A DNA stretch of 64,000 bases from Macrostomum lignano (Eukaryota), in the NCBI GenBank assembly GCA_002269645.1, contig NIVC01001219.1, forward strand, positions 45,253 through 109,252. The letters are read 5' to 3'. A program made the position numbers and the translations under genes. Position 1 is the stretch's first letter, and every line of letters starts with the position of its first letter. Below, piece after piece: positions 40,816 through 51,951 of this stretch. The notes under the pieces are model-generated. The model was given only the letters and a program-made list of their open reading frames with translations, had not been told where the DNA came from and did not search any database.

Positions 40816-40935
40816 TCAAAGGCAGCTCTCGCTAAAAGCACCAGCAAAACGCGAACCAGCCCGCACAGAATCAGCAGATGGAAGGTAGGCAGTAACAGCA
40901 TCACTTCGCCAGTCACCGATGCACTTCACCTCTTG
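40816..40935 (-). pseudogene. C-terminal fragment of the YR (QEVKCIGDWRSDAVTAYL...*) carrying the catalytic W and Y
   Basis: Continues LGLSV from 42112 in frame once the LTR and one TSD copy are removed. Confidence 0.9.
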
Positions 40936-40939
40936 AACA

Positions 40940-42111
40940 TGTAGTGTGAGCATCTTTGCGTGTATTTTGTTGTAAATTGACTGCATTAGTTTCTATATTG
41001 TTATTGAATTGTTATTTTGCTTGTTTAGTCATGCGTTTTTTGTGTACTTTTTCTAGTTGGTTGAAATCTAAAATTGTAAACAGGTTAGAGTTAGACGCCA
41101 AATTTGTGACTCAGCGGAGGGTTGAGTTTGTCTGCGAACCCCAGCTTTGCGCGGTCAGCCAATCAGAACCGGCCTGGACCCTGGCACGCGGCAAGTTTCA
41201 GTTCTACCCGGCGCCGCGGGCACAGTTCAATTCGGCTTATCGTGCGGCCGGCCAGACGACCACCACCCGGCTTGAGGGGAGTTTTGAGGGTTGTGACTCT
41301 GACTATATATGAAAGTGTGTTTTGGCAATCGGATCTCGCTTGCTCCTTTTCCCCGGTTTGTCTTGTCCAGTTCCCGGCCGGTGGCCCGATTTTCCTCCTC
41401 TTGTTGGTTCGCGCTTTGAGGCGTTTGATTTCATCACCCCCGGTCCATATCTTTGTTCCCGCCCAACCGCAGTAGTCTTGTGGCGTAACGTCTACGGCAA
41501 ATTCCTGTCTGAAGTCGTCGCTATCAAGCGCGGTTAGATAGAGACTGTCGGATCTGATCAAGTACGCGGCCTCGACCCCGAGGGCCCCAGTGTTACACTG
41601 AAGGGCAGTGCCGATAGAACTTAGTCGGTACTCCGTTGAACGGTCGGTTCGGCAGGGCTCTCGTTTGAGAGTAGGTTCTGGCTTAGGCCAGGGGTTAGGA
41701 GTCTTCTCCGTGGTCCTGTGTTCGGTGCCTCCTTCTTCTTCAGCTGAGATCCGCTTGTCAGTGCATAATATAATCATTATTATTAACCGTTATTATCGTT
41801 TTGTCAACTCTAGTTATCTGCGCCGTTTGTCTAAATCTTGTAACTCAGCTAATCAAATTAAACCGTCAATCAAGTTAGCTATTCTTGAAATAGGATTATC
41901 ACTCTCTAAATCTTTCGGTTGTGTTCCCTCGTGTTCTTTATTTTCTTGTACTGTACCTGCGGCTATTGGAGAAGACTGGTAGAACTCGCCGACCGGCGAT
42001 AGGCGATTAGGATTAATAGCTTTAAAATCTCCGAACGCTCCAAGTAGGTTTGTCTAGGGCCTAAATAATTGCTCACCGTGCATGCTATTATCTAATTGCC
42101 TATTTATCACA
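40940..42111 (+). mobile_element. Solo LTR, 1172 bp, TG...CA, 4-bp TSD AACA
   Basis: TGTAGTG..TATCACA termini; AACA at 40936-40939 and 42112-42115; CCAAT at ~41160, TATATA at ~41304, ATTAAA at ~41856; no internal gag/pol. Confidence 0.85.
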
Positions 42112-42950
42112 AACAGATAGTCCGAGACGGTAGGCCCAGGTGGCACCACCTCTGCGCAGGCTGTGCGCTGAGAAAGAACGAGCGTCCTGCTCAGCAGTTG
42201 CTAGGCAGCGCTTGAGGTACTTGTCGAATCTTGAGGCAGACAGGACAACAGAGGATCCGCTCGCCAACTGGTAGGAGAACACAGGCTGCCTGCAGCCAAG
42301 CTTGCTGACACGGAGGTGACCCTCTAGCGCAGCCACTGGGCAAAGCGGATGTCCATCTTTTAGCCTTGGAAGCAACACCCGGTGCAGCTTCGCGCCGAAC
42401 TGATTCGTCTTGCCATAACTGACAGAGAGCACAACCCCCTTCGGGTGGCGTTGAAAGGCTGAGACGGAGATCGGTGAAGCGGACTGCTGACTGGGCAGGA
42501 GACTGGAGCGCCGAAACATCCCCCACCAAGCAATAAGCGTCACAAGCCAGCAGACTCTGTCAAGCGAACTGCTCGAGTTAGGCCGGTTTTTCACAGACAG
42601 CAGCATCGCAGGCGAAATCGGCAGCTTCCGTCTTGGTCGCTGGCCCATCCTCCGTTTAGCGCCGCGAACGAGCAGTGAGACCAGGTGGTGTTTTGTTAGG
42701 TCCTCAGCACCACAGGCTTTGAACCAGCTGGACAGTGCACTGACATGGACACGCAGACTGTTGAACGATCTCAGGCGGCATTCGACTAGGTGAGCCAGGT
42801 AGTTGAGTAGCACCGACCGGTCGGATCGAGCCGGGTTGGTCCCGTTCTCGTTGCAGAAGCTGTGCCAGGACCGGACGGCCGATGAGATCGCCCTGCGTGA
42901 CTGCGGTGCGTATGCTGCGGCGAGGAGGCTGGAGGCGGCGGCGCCGAGGG
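42112..42950 (-). pseudogene. Tyrosine recombinase of the retroelement (N-terminal and catalytic core, interrupted)
   Basis: WHSFC, YLAHL, GMFRRSSL (Arg), GKTNQFG (Lys), CPVAAL and FSAHSLRRGGAT (HxxR). Confidence 0.93.
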
Positions 42951-43860
42951 TCGGCGTTGCAGGGAGGCGGCCTGTGAAAATAAAAAACGGGAGGCAAAAA
43001 CAGAAAACGCGTGATTCGAAAACTCCACAGGACAAACTGGCACAGACCCGTAAACACGGAAAATAAAGTTAAGCAACTCATGACGCGAGTGCAGGCGGGA
43101 CCCTGCATCAGCAAACAGCTGATAGGCACCAGGAACGTGAAAGACCTCAAATTCAACGTCAAAACGCAGACAGAGCAACGCCACAGACTGCAGCAACCAC
43201 ATCAGACGCGAGTCCTTGGAGACACCTCGCCTTAGAATCCAACACGCCGTCTCATTGTCGCAGTACACAGCAAGCCGACAACCAGCCAAGGATTGGCCCC
43301 ATCTCAAAACAGCCAGCAATATAACCACAGCCTCCTTGTAATTGATGCAGTAATTCTGAAAAACACCATTTGCGTCGATCTGCCAGTCAATAAAGCATCA
43401 ATCACGAATCCCATCACCATCACGGAGCACCGCCGCGGCTCCTGAAGACGATGAGTCAGTCTCTATGGCAACACAAGCCCTTGGCGAAGTCCACAGGCCA
43501 ACACCGATGCGATGTTGCAAAGCCAACCGCCACCAGGAGAGGTGGTGTACCACGGAGGGACTAACAAGAACCCTGTCATGAGGCCGATGCAGCTTGTTAA
43601 CAATGTCGATAAGAGGTCGGAGGAAAACTCTCCCGTGCCGAACAACTTGCGACGCCCAGTTTAACTTGCCTGGGCCTCAACAGCTTGCTGGTGAATGGTA
43701 GCTGATCTGTGATTTGCCATCTCAGTGTGGTTCTTACAATCCATAACTTTATTAGTAATTCGAAAGCCATTCTTCACACCATCGAGCACGAACCTGACAC
43801 GGTCCTCCGGCATCTCGGTCCCAGCCAGCTCTTCCCGTCAAACCGCAAACACAAGGTCGC
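42950..43860 (-). pseudogene. pol remnant: N-terminal region fused directly to the RT thumb/connection and RNase H
   Basis: VLDGVKNGFRI..NHRSA..HQQAVEAQ is followed by GKLNWASQVVRHGRVFLRPL, ETDSS, INYKE, YCDN and HVPGAYQLFADAGSR; no YxDD core; internal stops. Confidence 0.85.
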
Positions 43861-43957
43861 TCGACAACTCAGTTGAACTCGGGTCAGAGCTCCCCCGTGG
43901 GGGCACAGGAGGGTGACCCGGCGGCAGACATTGAGTCCTGTGCCCCCACCTCGCACG

Positions 43958-45048
43958 CTAGTTTTTTGAAAGTTGGCCCGGGTCCCCATCAGCGTAGGCT
44001 CGGGCTTCAGAGTGCGGCTGTGAGCACCTGCGGCACTGATGGGCGAAGCGGCAGTGAGTTCTGTTGCAGCCGCTAAGACTGTTGAAGTCGAAACAGACAG
44101 GTGGCTGCGTTCGCTTTCTAGGCGCTGTTGCATTTATCATTTTGTCGGTGCCATCAAGTGTGTTGCCACCAGACCCAGGTCTGCGCTAACAGCGCTCCAC
44201 CGCGTTCCATCATGCTGGAGAAGCCGACATTCGTCATCATATCTCATGACTTTAATGCGATCGAAGCCTAAATCTAGCAGGTCACCAATTCTAGCGTTAT
44301 GTCGGAGATGATCGATCAACTCGGATGAATCGATTCTGCCATCAACAATGTGCAGCAGTTTGCCATCACGCAGCATTTGCACCAGTAAGTTACAGCTACC
44401 GGAGATGAAATCGCCAAACGACAGTGACTCGGGACTGACGTGTTTCAACCTCTCTGGCTTTGCCGCTCCCACAACAGACTGGCTTCCTTGTCTCCGCTTA
44501 CGCTCACTGATAAAATCAACGACTCTGTACACCGCCGGCGCCCGAGCATGCGAAATTGCAGCCCCAGCCTGCCCGAGTATTCACTCGCCAACCAAATCAT
44601 GCCACTCACCGGGAGTCTGATCACGTTCTCTCGCAGCCGCCGTGCCACTGTGACGCGCTTCAGCGAGCTCGGCTTCGAGCTGAGCCTCTCTTTTTTTCAG
44701 GTCCAGCAGCCGAATGCGCAGTTCAGTCTCTCGCAGCTGATCCTCGAGACCGCCTCCCGTTGCCGCCCGACCCTCGGCCGAGGCGCCCACCGCCGGTAGC
44801 ATCTCGTCCTCAGGTGGAGCCAGACTTAGCTCGGGTGCGCCCGCATTCGTCGGTGATGTCTTGTCATCTTGAGCACGACGAGATGAGCCTCTGTCCTGCT
44901 CCAACGCCTGCCGCTCAAGCTCCTTGGCAATGCTGAGTTTTAGACGACTTGTTAGCTCTTGCTTATTGCCATTAGTAGGCAGGCCGCGCTCACTAAGGGC
45001 TTCTCGTAGCGCTTTGTTAGTTGCGGGCAGTACAAGGCTATCTGCCAT
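43958..45048 (-). pseudogene. gag-like ORF with an N-terminal SAP-like motif and a C-terminal Cys/His finger, broken by a stop (44583) and a frameshift (~44140)
   Basis: LREALSERGLPTNGNKQELTSRL (SAP-like); YDDECR; CFDFNSLSGCNRTHCRFAHQCRRCSQPH. Confidence 0.82.
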
Positions 45049-45921
45049 GATTCAGCAAAAAAAAATTCAAAAATTCAACCGCGAGCAACCCCGCGCAGCC
45101 ACAAAGGTGGCGGCCTAAATAGGCACGCGCACGCACAACGCACCCACCACCCCACCATACAGCCAGCACCCAAACAGCCCCCCTTGCACTAACAGCGGTT
45201 AGCCCTCGCGGGCTCGCGCAAACCGATGCAATACATAAGACTCAGTAGTGATACATTAGTCTCGGTAGTGATACATTAGACTCAATATTGATACATTAGG
45301 CTCAGTAGTGATACATTAGACTCGGTAGTGATACATTAGACTAAATATTGATACATTAGATTCAGTAGTGATACATTAGACTCAATAGCGATACACTCAA
45401 AGATTGGAACTGCTTGAATATACCTGACTTGGTGGGCCCTAACGACTGGATATAGATCAATAAACTACGAGTACAAGTGGTGAAATTACATACAAAGTAA
45501 TAAAGGATTCAGACAACAATTCCAAATAAAGAAATGTATTACTTCAGAGATGTTCAATCAGGCCTTTGCCATCTGCAGAACCGGATAGCAAAATGTCATA
45601 TAATATATATTGTTGAGATAAGAAACAGCGCGCATGCGAGGGTGAAAAAATGCTGCACAGAAAATGCAAACTTCAGCTTAAGCTTTCATAAGTAGTCTGG
45701 TACACAATGTGTTTTACGTACGGAATCTTAGCTTTTTATAGGCACTTCCAGCCAGCCAATGAGGTGCAAAACTGATATAAATGAGACCAGTCTTTGTGGC
45801 TAAATATTCTACTAATAGTACCTTTACTCAGAGAATCGTGTTTATTAGATGAAAATTCGAATAAGTTGGAAAAGCTGACAACACAGAATTTTGATTTTTC
45901 AAAGCTCTCAAGCTTGGCAAG

Positions 45922-46324
45922 CCCGCATAAAAGTGGGACGGTCACAATTTTTTGGTGACGGTAAAAAATGTGTCACTGCTTGTCACATCAAAATGTAACA
46001 CTGCTTGTCACATTTTTGAGTCACATTGATCGGTCACATGAGCGGCCGTTTCTTTTTGACGGTCACATTGGAGGGTCACAAGAGAGACCGTTTATTTGAC
46101 GGTCACATTGGAGGGTCACAAGAGAGACCGTTTATTTGACGGTCACATTGGAGGGTCACATGAGAGACCGTTTATTTGACGGTCACATTGGAGGGTCACA
46201 TGAGAGACCGTTTATTTGACGGTCACATCAGAGGGTCACAATGGAGGGTCAAATGTGATACCATTTTTTGCTGGTCACAAAACAGATCACAAATTCAAAA
46301 TGTGCCGTCACACTTTTATACGGG
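45922..46324. mobile_element. ~400-bp MITE with CCCG..CGGG termini and internal 40-bp tandem repeats
   Basis: CCCGCATAAAAGTGGGACGG versus the reverse complement CCCGTATAAAAGTGTGACGG; many GTCACA motifs; TSD not clean. Confidence 0.75.
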
Positions 46325-46745
46325 AATTGGGACGTTTACCAGCGCTGGCATATACCAGACAACTAAAGTATGTTAGCTACAAATGAGAAATAGATGAACT
46401 ACTATTTTTGTAAAACAACATTTAAAAATCCAGACAGGACATATAAAGTTTTGAAAAAAGCGTTGAAGAACAAAATTTGATGTCCTATTATTAATAATTA
46501 CTATAAACTATAAAAATATGACTAAATATAATTAACACACCAGCACCCATGAAGCAAATACACGAAAATAAACAAGAAACGACAAGAGAAACCGAACACG
46601 GATGGCTATTACTAGCAGTTCAAAGTTTGTTTTCCGACTTCTAAAAAAATTGGCAAATTTTATGAAAATGAGTCCAGTGATTAATGAGCCGAATCAACAG
46701 GACTGCACTGTCCTCTTAACGATCAACAGGCGCCCCCAGTCTGGC

Positions 46746-47040
46746 TCACGACCAGTCGTCCTCGTTCGGCACATCGGCCGGCCTTGGCTGGAAAGTTCCG
46801 CCGCCGACGCCCAGGCCGAAACTGTCGTCGATGATGTCGACGGTGCGACCGATGCCGCGTCGAATGTCGCGATACTCGCCGCGTCCGCGTCCGCGGCCGC
46901 CGTAGCCGTTGCCCGAGCAGCCTTCGCGTTCGGCGATTGTCTCAAGCCATTCGGGCACCGGCTGTTGGGCACTGCGGAGATTGCCGACTAGCTGGTGGGC
47001 TAACGGCCCGTCTGCGTTGGGATCGAAGAAGCTGATGGAT
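46746..47040 (-). CDS. vasa: vasa/DDX4-class helicase, exon 5 (last)
   Basis: CCCCAG acceptor phase 2; SISFFDP..QPVPEWLE; acidic Trp tail EDDWS*. Confidence 0.9.
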
Positions 47041-47155
47041 CTGGGGGATGGAGATTAACATAGTGTCGTTGAGGATTTTGTTACACATAGTTGCGGAGTT
47101 GACTCAATAATGCCTTGGAACTACTCCTAGGAAGGCTGTGAGATCAAGCTTAAGA

Positions 47156-47640
47156 ATGCTGGTGGATTAGCGCAGCAGATGCTGGTGGATTAGCGCAGCA
47201 GATGCTGGTGGATTAGCGCAGCAGATGCTGGTGGATTAGCGCAACAGATGCTATGCTGGTGGATTAGCGCAACAGATACTATGCTGGTGGATTAGCGCAA
47301 CAGATGCTATGCTGGTGGATTAGCGCAACAGATACTATGCTGGTGGATTAGCGCAACAGATGCTATGCTGGTGGATTAGCGCAACAGATGCTATGCTGGT
47401 GGATTAGCGCAACAGATGCTATGCTGGTGGATTAGCGCAACAGATGCTATGCTGGTGGATTAGCGCAACAGATGCTATGCTGGTGGATTAGCGCAACAGA
47501 TGCTATGCTGGTGGATTAGCGCAACAGATGCTATGCTGGTGGATTAGCGCAACAGATGCTATGCTGGTGGATTAGCGCAACAGATACTATGCTGGTGGAT
47601 TAGCGCAACAGATGCTATGCTGGTGGATTAGCACAACAAA
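47156..47640. repeat. 23/28-bp intronic minisatellite ATGCTGGTGGATTAGCGCAACAGATGCT
   Basis: Direct. Confidence 0.95.
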
Positions 47641-47657
47641 GCTCACGATAGCCTCAC

Positions 47658-47875
47658 CTGCCCAGATTGCCGCAGCGCCCAGTCCGGCCAATCCTGTGCA
47701 CATAGCTGGAGTCATCCTGCGGCAAGTCGTAATTAATCACCAGCGATATGCCTGAGATGTCGATGCCGCGGGACATCATATTAGTAGTCACCATCACCGG
47801 TGTGGTGCCGCTGCGGAACTCGGAGAAGGCCCGCTGACGCTCGGCCGGCGGCCGGTCGCCGTGATTATTGGTGGC
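47658..47875 (-). CDS. vasa: vasa exon 4 (motifs V-VI)
   Basis: Missing from the ORF track: ATNNHGDR..SRGIDI..VINYDLP..YVHRIGRTGRCGNLG; CTAG acceptor, AG|GTGAGG donor. Confidence 0.94.
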
Positions 47876-48254
47876 CTAGTTGAATACGAAGTAATCAATC
47901 AGTACAGGTGCACTCATAGATTAACCAAATAGAGCCTGATATTATCATATTAATAAACGCCTAAATTCCAATACTGGATCGAAGCTTCACAATTGGTCGA
48001 AAACTGCAGCTGCAAGCAGTCATTACCCATTCCGATGACCCCTGAGCATGCGCGCGCTGACTCAGGGTGCACAGCAGCCCTGACTTGATGGCGTGCTCAA
48101 TGGTCAGAAAAATAGGCATAAAAATATGACTGATTTGCCTTCTTCACTGGCTGCGGATCAATTGTCGTCATGATTTGAAGCTGTGACTCAGGCCCTTTCC
48201 TTACCTACAACCACAGAGACTAGAATAACTTATTCTAGTATATCTGAGACTACA

Positions 48255-49292
48255 GTAAACAAGCAGACACACAGTAGACATTCGAGTGACAGACAAGCAG
48301 TGACACAGCGGACATGTCAGTGACAGACAAGCAGACACACAGTAGATACGCGAGTGACAGACAAGCAATGACGCAGTAGACATGCGAGTGACAGACAAGC
48401 AGTGACGCAGTAGACATGCGAGTGACAGACAAGCAGTGACGCAGTAGACATGCGAGTGACAGACAAGCAATGACGCAGTAGACATGCGAGTGACAGACAA
48501 GCAATGACGCAGTAGACATGCGAGTGACAGACAAGCAGTGACGCAGTAGACATGCGAGTGACAGACAAGCAGTGACGCAGTAGACATGCGAGTGACAGAC
48601 AAGCAGTGACGCATTAGACATGCGAGTGACAGACAAGCAGAGACACAGCAGACATTCGAGTGACAGACAAGCAGACACACAGTAGATACGCGAGTGACAG
48701 GCAAGCAGCGACGCAGTAGACATGCGAGTGACAGACAAGCAGTGACGCAGTAGACATGCGAGTGACAGACAAGCAATGACGCAGTAGACATGCGAGTGAC
48801 AGACAAGCAGAGACACAGCAGACATGCGAGTGACAGGCAAGCAGTGACACAGCGGACATGCGAGTGACAGACAAGCAGACACACAGTAGATACGCGAGTG
48901 ACAGACAAGCAGACACACAACAGACATGCGAGTGACAGACAAGCAGAGACACAGCAGACATGCGAGTGACAGGCAAGCAGTGACACAGCGGACATGCGAG
49001 TGACAGACAAGCAGAGACACAGCAGACATGCGAGTGACAGACAAGCAGAGACACAGCAGACATGCGAGTGACAGACAAGCGAGTGACAGACAAGCAGACA
49101 CACAACAGACATGCGAGTGACAGACAAGCAGAGACACAGCAGACATGCGAGTGACAGGCAAGCAGTGACACAGCGGACATGCGAGTGACAGACAAGCAGA
49201 GACACAGCAGACATGCGAGTGACAGACAAGCAATGACACAGCAGACATGCGAGTGACAGACAAGCAGAGACACAGCAGACATGCGAGTGACA
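48255..49292. repeat. 34-bp intronic minisatellite ACAGACAAGCAGTGACGCAGTAGACATGCGAGTG
   Basis: Direct; it explains the Cys-rich ORFs. Confidence 0.96.
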
Positions 49293-49317
49293 GGTGTCCC
49301 TCCGCTCAATGGCTCAC

Positions 49318-49887
49318 CTCAAAGCCCTTGTCGCACAGCAGCATGCCAATCAGGTTGGCCGTCTCCTTTCGTTCGACAAACACCAAAACTTTTCGCTCGC
49401 CAAATCCATTAGGCTCTAGGTCGCGAAATTCTGCTAGCAAAGCTAACAAAGTGGCGACCTTGTCGCCCTGAGACACTTCGCGTACCTCCTGGGTCACGTC
49501 GGGACTGGGCTTGCCAACCCGGCCGATGCTTAAGAACAAGTAGTCCTGGGCAAGGTAGCTGCCGGCTAGAGTCTGCACAGAGTGCGGGTAAGTAGCGGAG
49601 AACATGATCACCTGGCGCCGCTGATCGGCCGATTGCATAAAGGCCACAACGTCCTCTTGGAATCCCTGTTCCAGCATCCGGTCGGCTTCATCCAGTACAA
49701 TAAGCTTAGTTCTAGCCAGGCTAACTAAATTGCGATTAATGAAATCTTTCAGCCGGCCAACTGTAGCAACCAGGGTGTGCGCGCCGGACTGCAGGCATTT
49801 CACTAGGTGGGCGTGCTGGATGCTGCCGTGAATGCGCTGTACTTTTAGGCCGACCGGCTTGAAATAGACGGTGCACTGGTCGTACAC
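49318..49887 (-). CDS. vasa: vasa exon 3 (DEAD, SAT, motif IV)
   Basis: LDEADRML, FSATYP, LVFVERK; 570 nt, phase 0/0. Confidence 0.95.
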
Positions 49888-50102
49888 CTGAGAATTGGCG
49901 ATTGGCAAGATGGGTATATACAGTTTTGTCAGATGATAAGAGCACAAATTTTATACAGAAAATTGCTGTACTTATTATCTGCAGCATTAGCTAATCCTGG
50001 TATCAAGCCATCCATGTTCAAGAGCCCAATATTTCAAATACCACCTTAATAAGTTTCCAGGCTTCTCTTTTCCTTCGTCTTGTCAGGCTTTGTCTTCTTC
50101 TG

Positions 50103-50573
50103 CAGGGGCGGATTTAGGGGCGGAAGGCCAAAATAGCTTGACAGAACATATTGCGTCCCCCCCAAAAAAAACCTAAGTTTGCGCCACCTAAACTTGTTTT
50201 TTTGCCCCCAAACACATTTTTTGCGGCCCTAAGCTTGATTTTTCGCTCCCCTACACGCATTTTTTGCGGCCCTAAGCTTGATTTTTCGCTCCCCTACACG
50301 CATTTTTGCGGCTCTAAGCTTGATTTTTCGCTCCCCTACACGCATTTTTGTGGCCCTAAGCTTGATTTTTCGCTCCCCTACACGCATTTTTGCGGCTCTA
50401 AGCTAGATTTTTCGCTCCCCTACACGCATTTTTGTGGCCCTAAGCTTGATTTTTCGCCCCTACACGCATCTTTGCGCCCCCTAGCTTTGGTTTGGCTGGC
50501 GCCCTTATACTCGTGCTGGCGCCCCAAACTTGGACCGCCTCCCCCCCCAAAATGAAACTCTAGATCGCCACTA
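50103..50573. mobile_element. Degenerate MITE (CAGGGGCGGATTTAG ... CTAGATCGCCACTA) with an internal 44-bp tandem repeat
   Basis: Imperfect TIR resembling hAT-type ends; no TSD found. Confidence 0.55.
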
Positions 50574-51130
50574 TGCATACATGCGTCAAAAGTTATGATC
50601 AATCTTAAACCACTTGATGTCGGTTACAAAACACGATTTTCGAGTCACAGCTACCCAAATCGTTGTTACTGTCGCTTATGTTGCTTCACAAATTCACAAT
50701 TTAACGAGATGCATTTCTGATAGCGCTCAATCAGTTTGTCTAAGTCAGCGTTCCAGATATTGGCTCCACCGTCCGCTCACGCGGCACCCAGTTCGCACGG
50801 TGATGCTCGAACATTGGCGTGCGACCAAGAGAGTGGACACCAAATGCATCAAAGGTCTGCGGTCGCTGTTTTACCCTGGCGCTGGCATGCCATGATGAAA
50901 TGAGTTAGAATAGATGCCAACCCTCATATCTGTCTCTTTGGCAAAATTTCAAATCGTGTTTTCGCCTTCTAAAGGTTGCAACTTGTTTTGTCAACATGAA
51001 ACACAGTTTCAGGACAGGTTTGGTCTGTGGTCTATATCAGAAGCCTAGCTAACTTTACAGTAGCTAAGAGAGTCAGTAGCAATTATTTTGAGCCTCCAAA
51101 TCTTTCTAAGACAACAACAACAATTCTTAC

Positions 51131-51451
51131 CTGAGTAGCCAGCTCCCTTGTAGGCACAACAATCAGCGAAGTTGGATAGCAGACTCCATTAAAGACAGTA
51201 TTATCAGTACTGAGCGTATCCAATAGCATTTTAATAATAGGCAGTAGATAGGCCAGAGTCTTGCCAGAGCCAGTCTGAGCGCAGGCCAGCAGATCGCGGC
51301 CAGACGCTACAATGGGTATAGCATAGGCCTGCACAGGGAATAGCCTATTGATTTTAAACGAATCGGTGACCACCTTCAGCACGGAGTCGGGCACGCCAAT
51401 TTCTTGCAGCGTTTTAATTGGAGGCGGCTTATTGCTACCGGTCAGTTCTAC
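51131..51451 (-). CDS. vasa: vasa exon 2 (Q motif, motifs I and Ia)
   Basis: VELTG..., FPVQAYAIP..GRDLLACAQTGSGKT, PTRELATQ; TTTTACAG acceptor, CAG|GTAAGA donor. Confidence 0.95.
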
Positions 51452-51571
51452 CTGTAAAATGCGGACAGCAGATTGAATATTAAATACAATTAATACTACT
51501 TTTTATTAAGTAGCCAAGTAAAAACTAAGAATGACCTTTTACAGGTATGTTTAACCTTTAAATTTATGGTA

Positions 51572-51825
51572 GGGGATTGTAACGTAATGGTTAGAGCGTC
51601 GGACTCACAACTTGAATGTCGGGGGTTCGATTCCCGATTCCACTGGAACAATTTGTGTCCTTGAGCAAGACATTAACTCTGCATTGCTTCAGTTCACCCA
51701 ACTGTAAAATGGGTGCCAGCATTAGCTGGGGTAATTGATGGTGTGTGGCGACCCCCCAGTCATTGGACTGAACAGCCGTACCTTCAGATGCGCCGCGCAA
51801 TAGCTGCGGCTGAGCTGTCGGTTGC
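51572..51825 (+). mobile_element. SINE family A (CORE-like), second copy, in vasa intron 1
   Basis: Colinear with 17360-17620. Confidence 0.88.
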
Positions 51826-51951
51826 ACATCTGGTCTTTTGACAAGGAGATGGGTAATTCTACCTAGGTTCCGCTCCTAGTAGCAATCAAACCGCCTTGCA
51901 TATTGTCCATGCCGCTTACAACCCCCCCCCCAGCCAAGCTGATTTACGAAC

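Larger units (their letters stand above)
40624..45230 (-). mobile_element. Tyrosine-recombinase retrotransposon (Ngaro/DIRS class), defective
   Basis: gag-like ORF, pol remnants with RNase H, and YR in that order; inserted in the satellite at GTG|ATAC with no TSD. Confidence 0.92.

Noticed and set aside
41163-41777. 204-aa minus-strand ORF within the insertion in YR
   Set aside because: No gag, pol or transposase motifs; lies inside a TG..CA solo LTR
48201-49309. Cys/His-rich ORFs resembling metal-binding repeats
   Set aside because: Translation of the 34-bp intronic minisatellite in vasa intron 3
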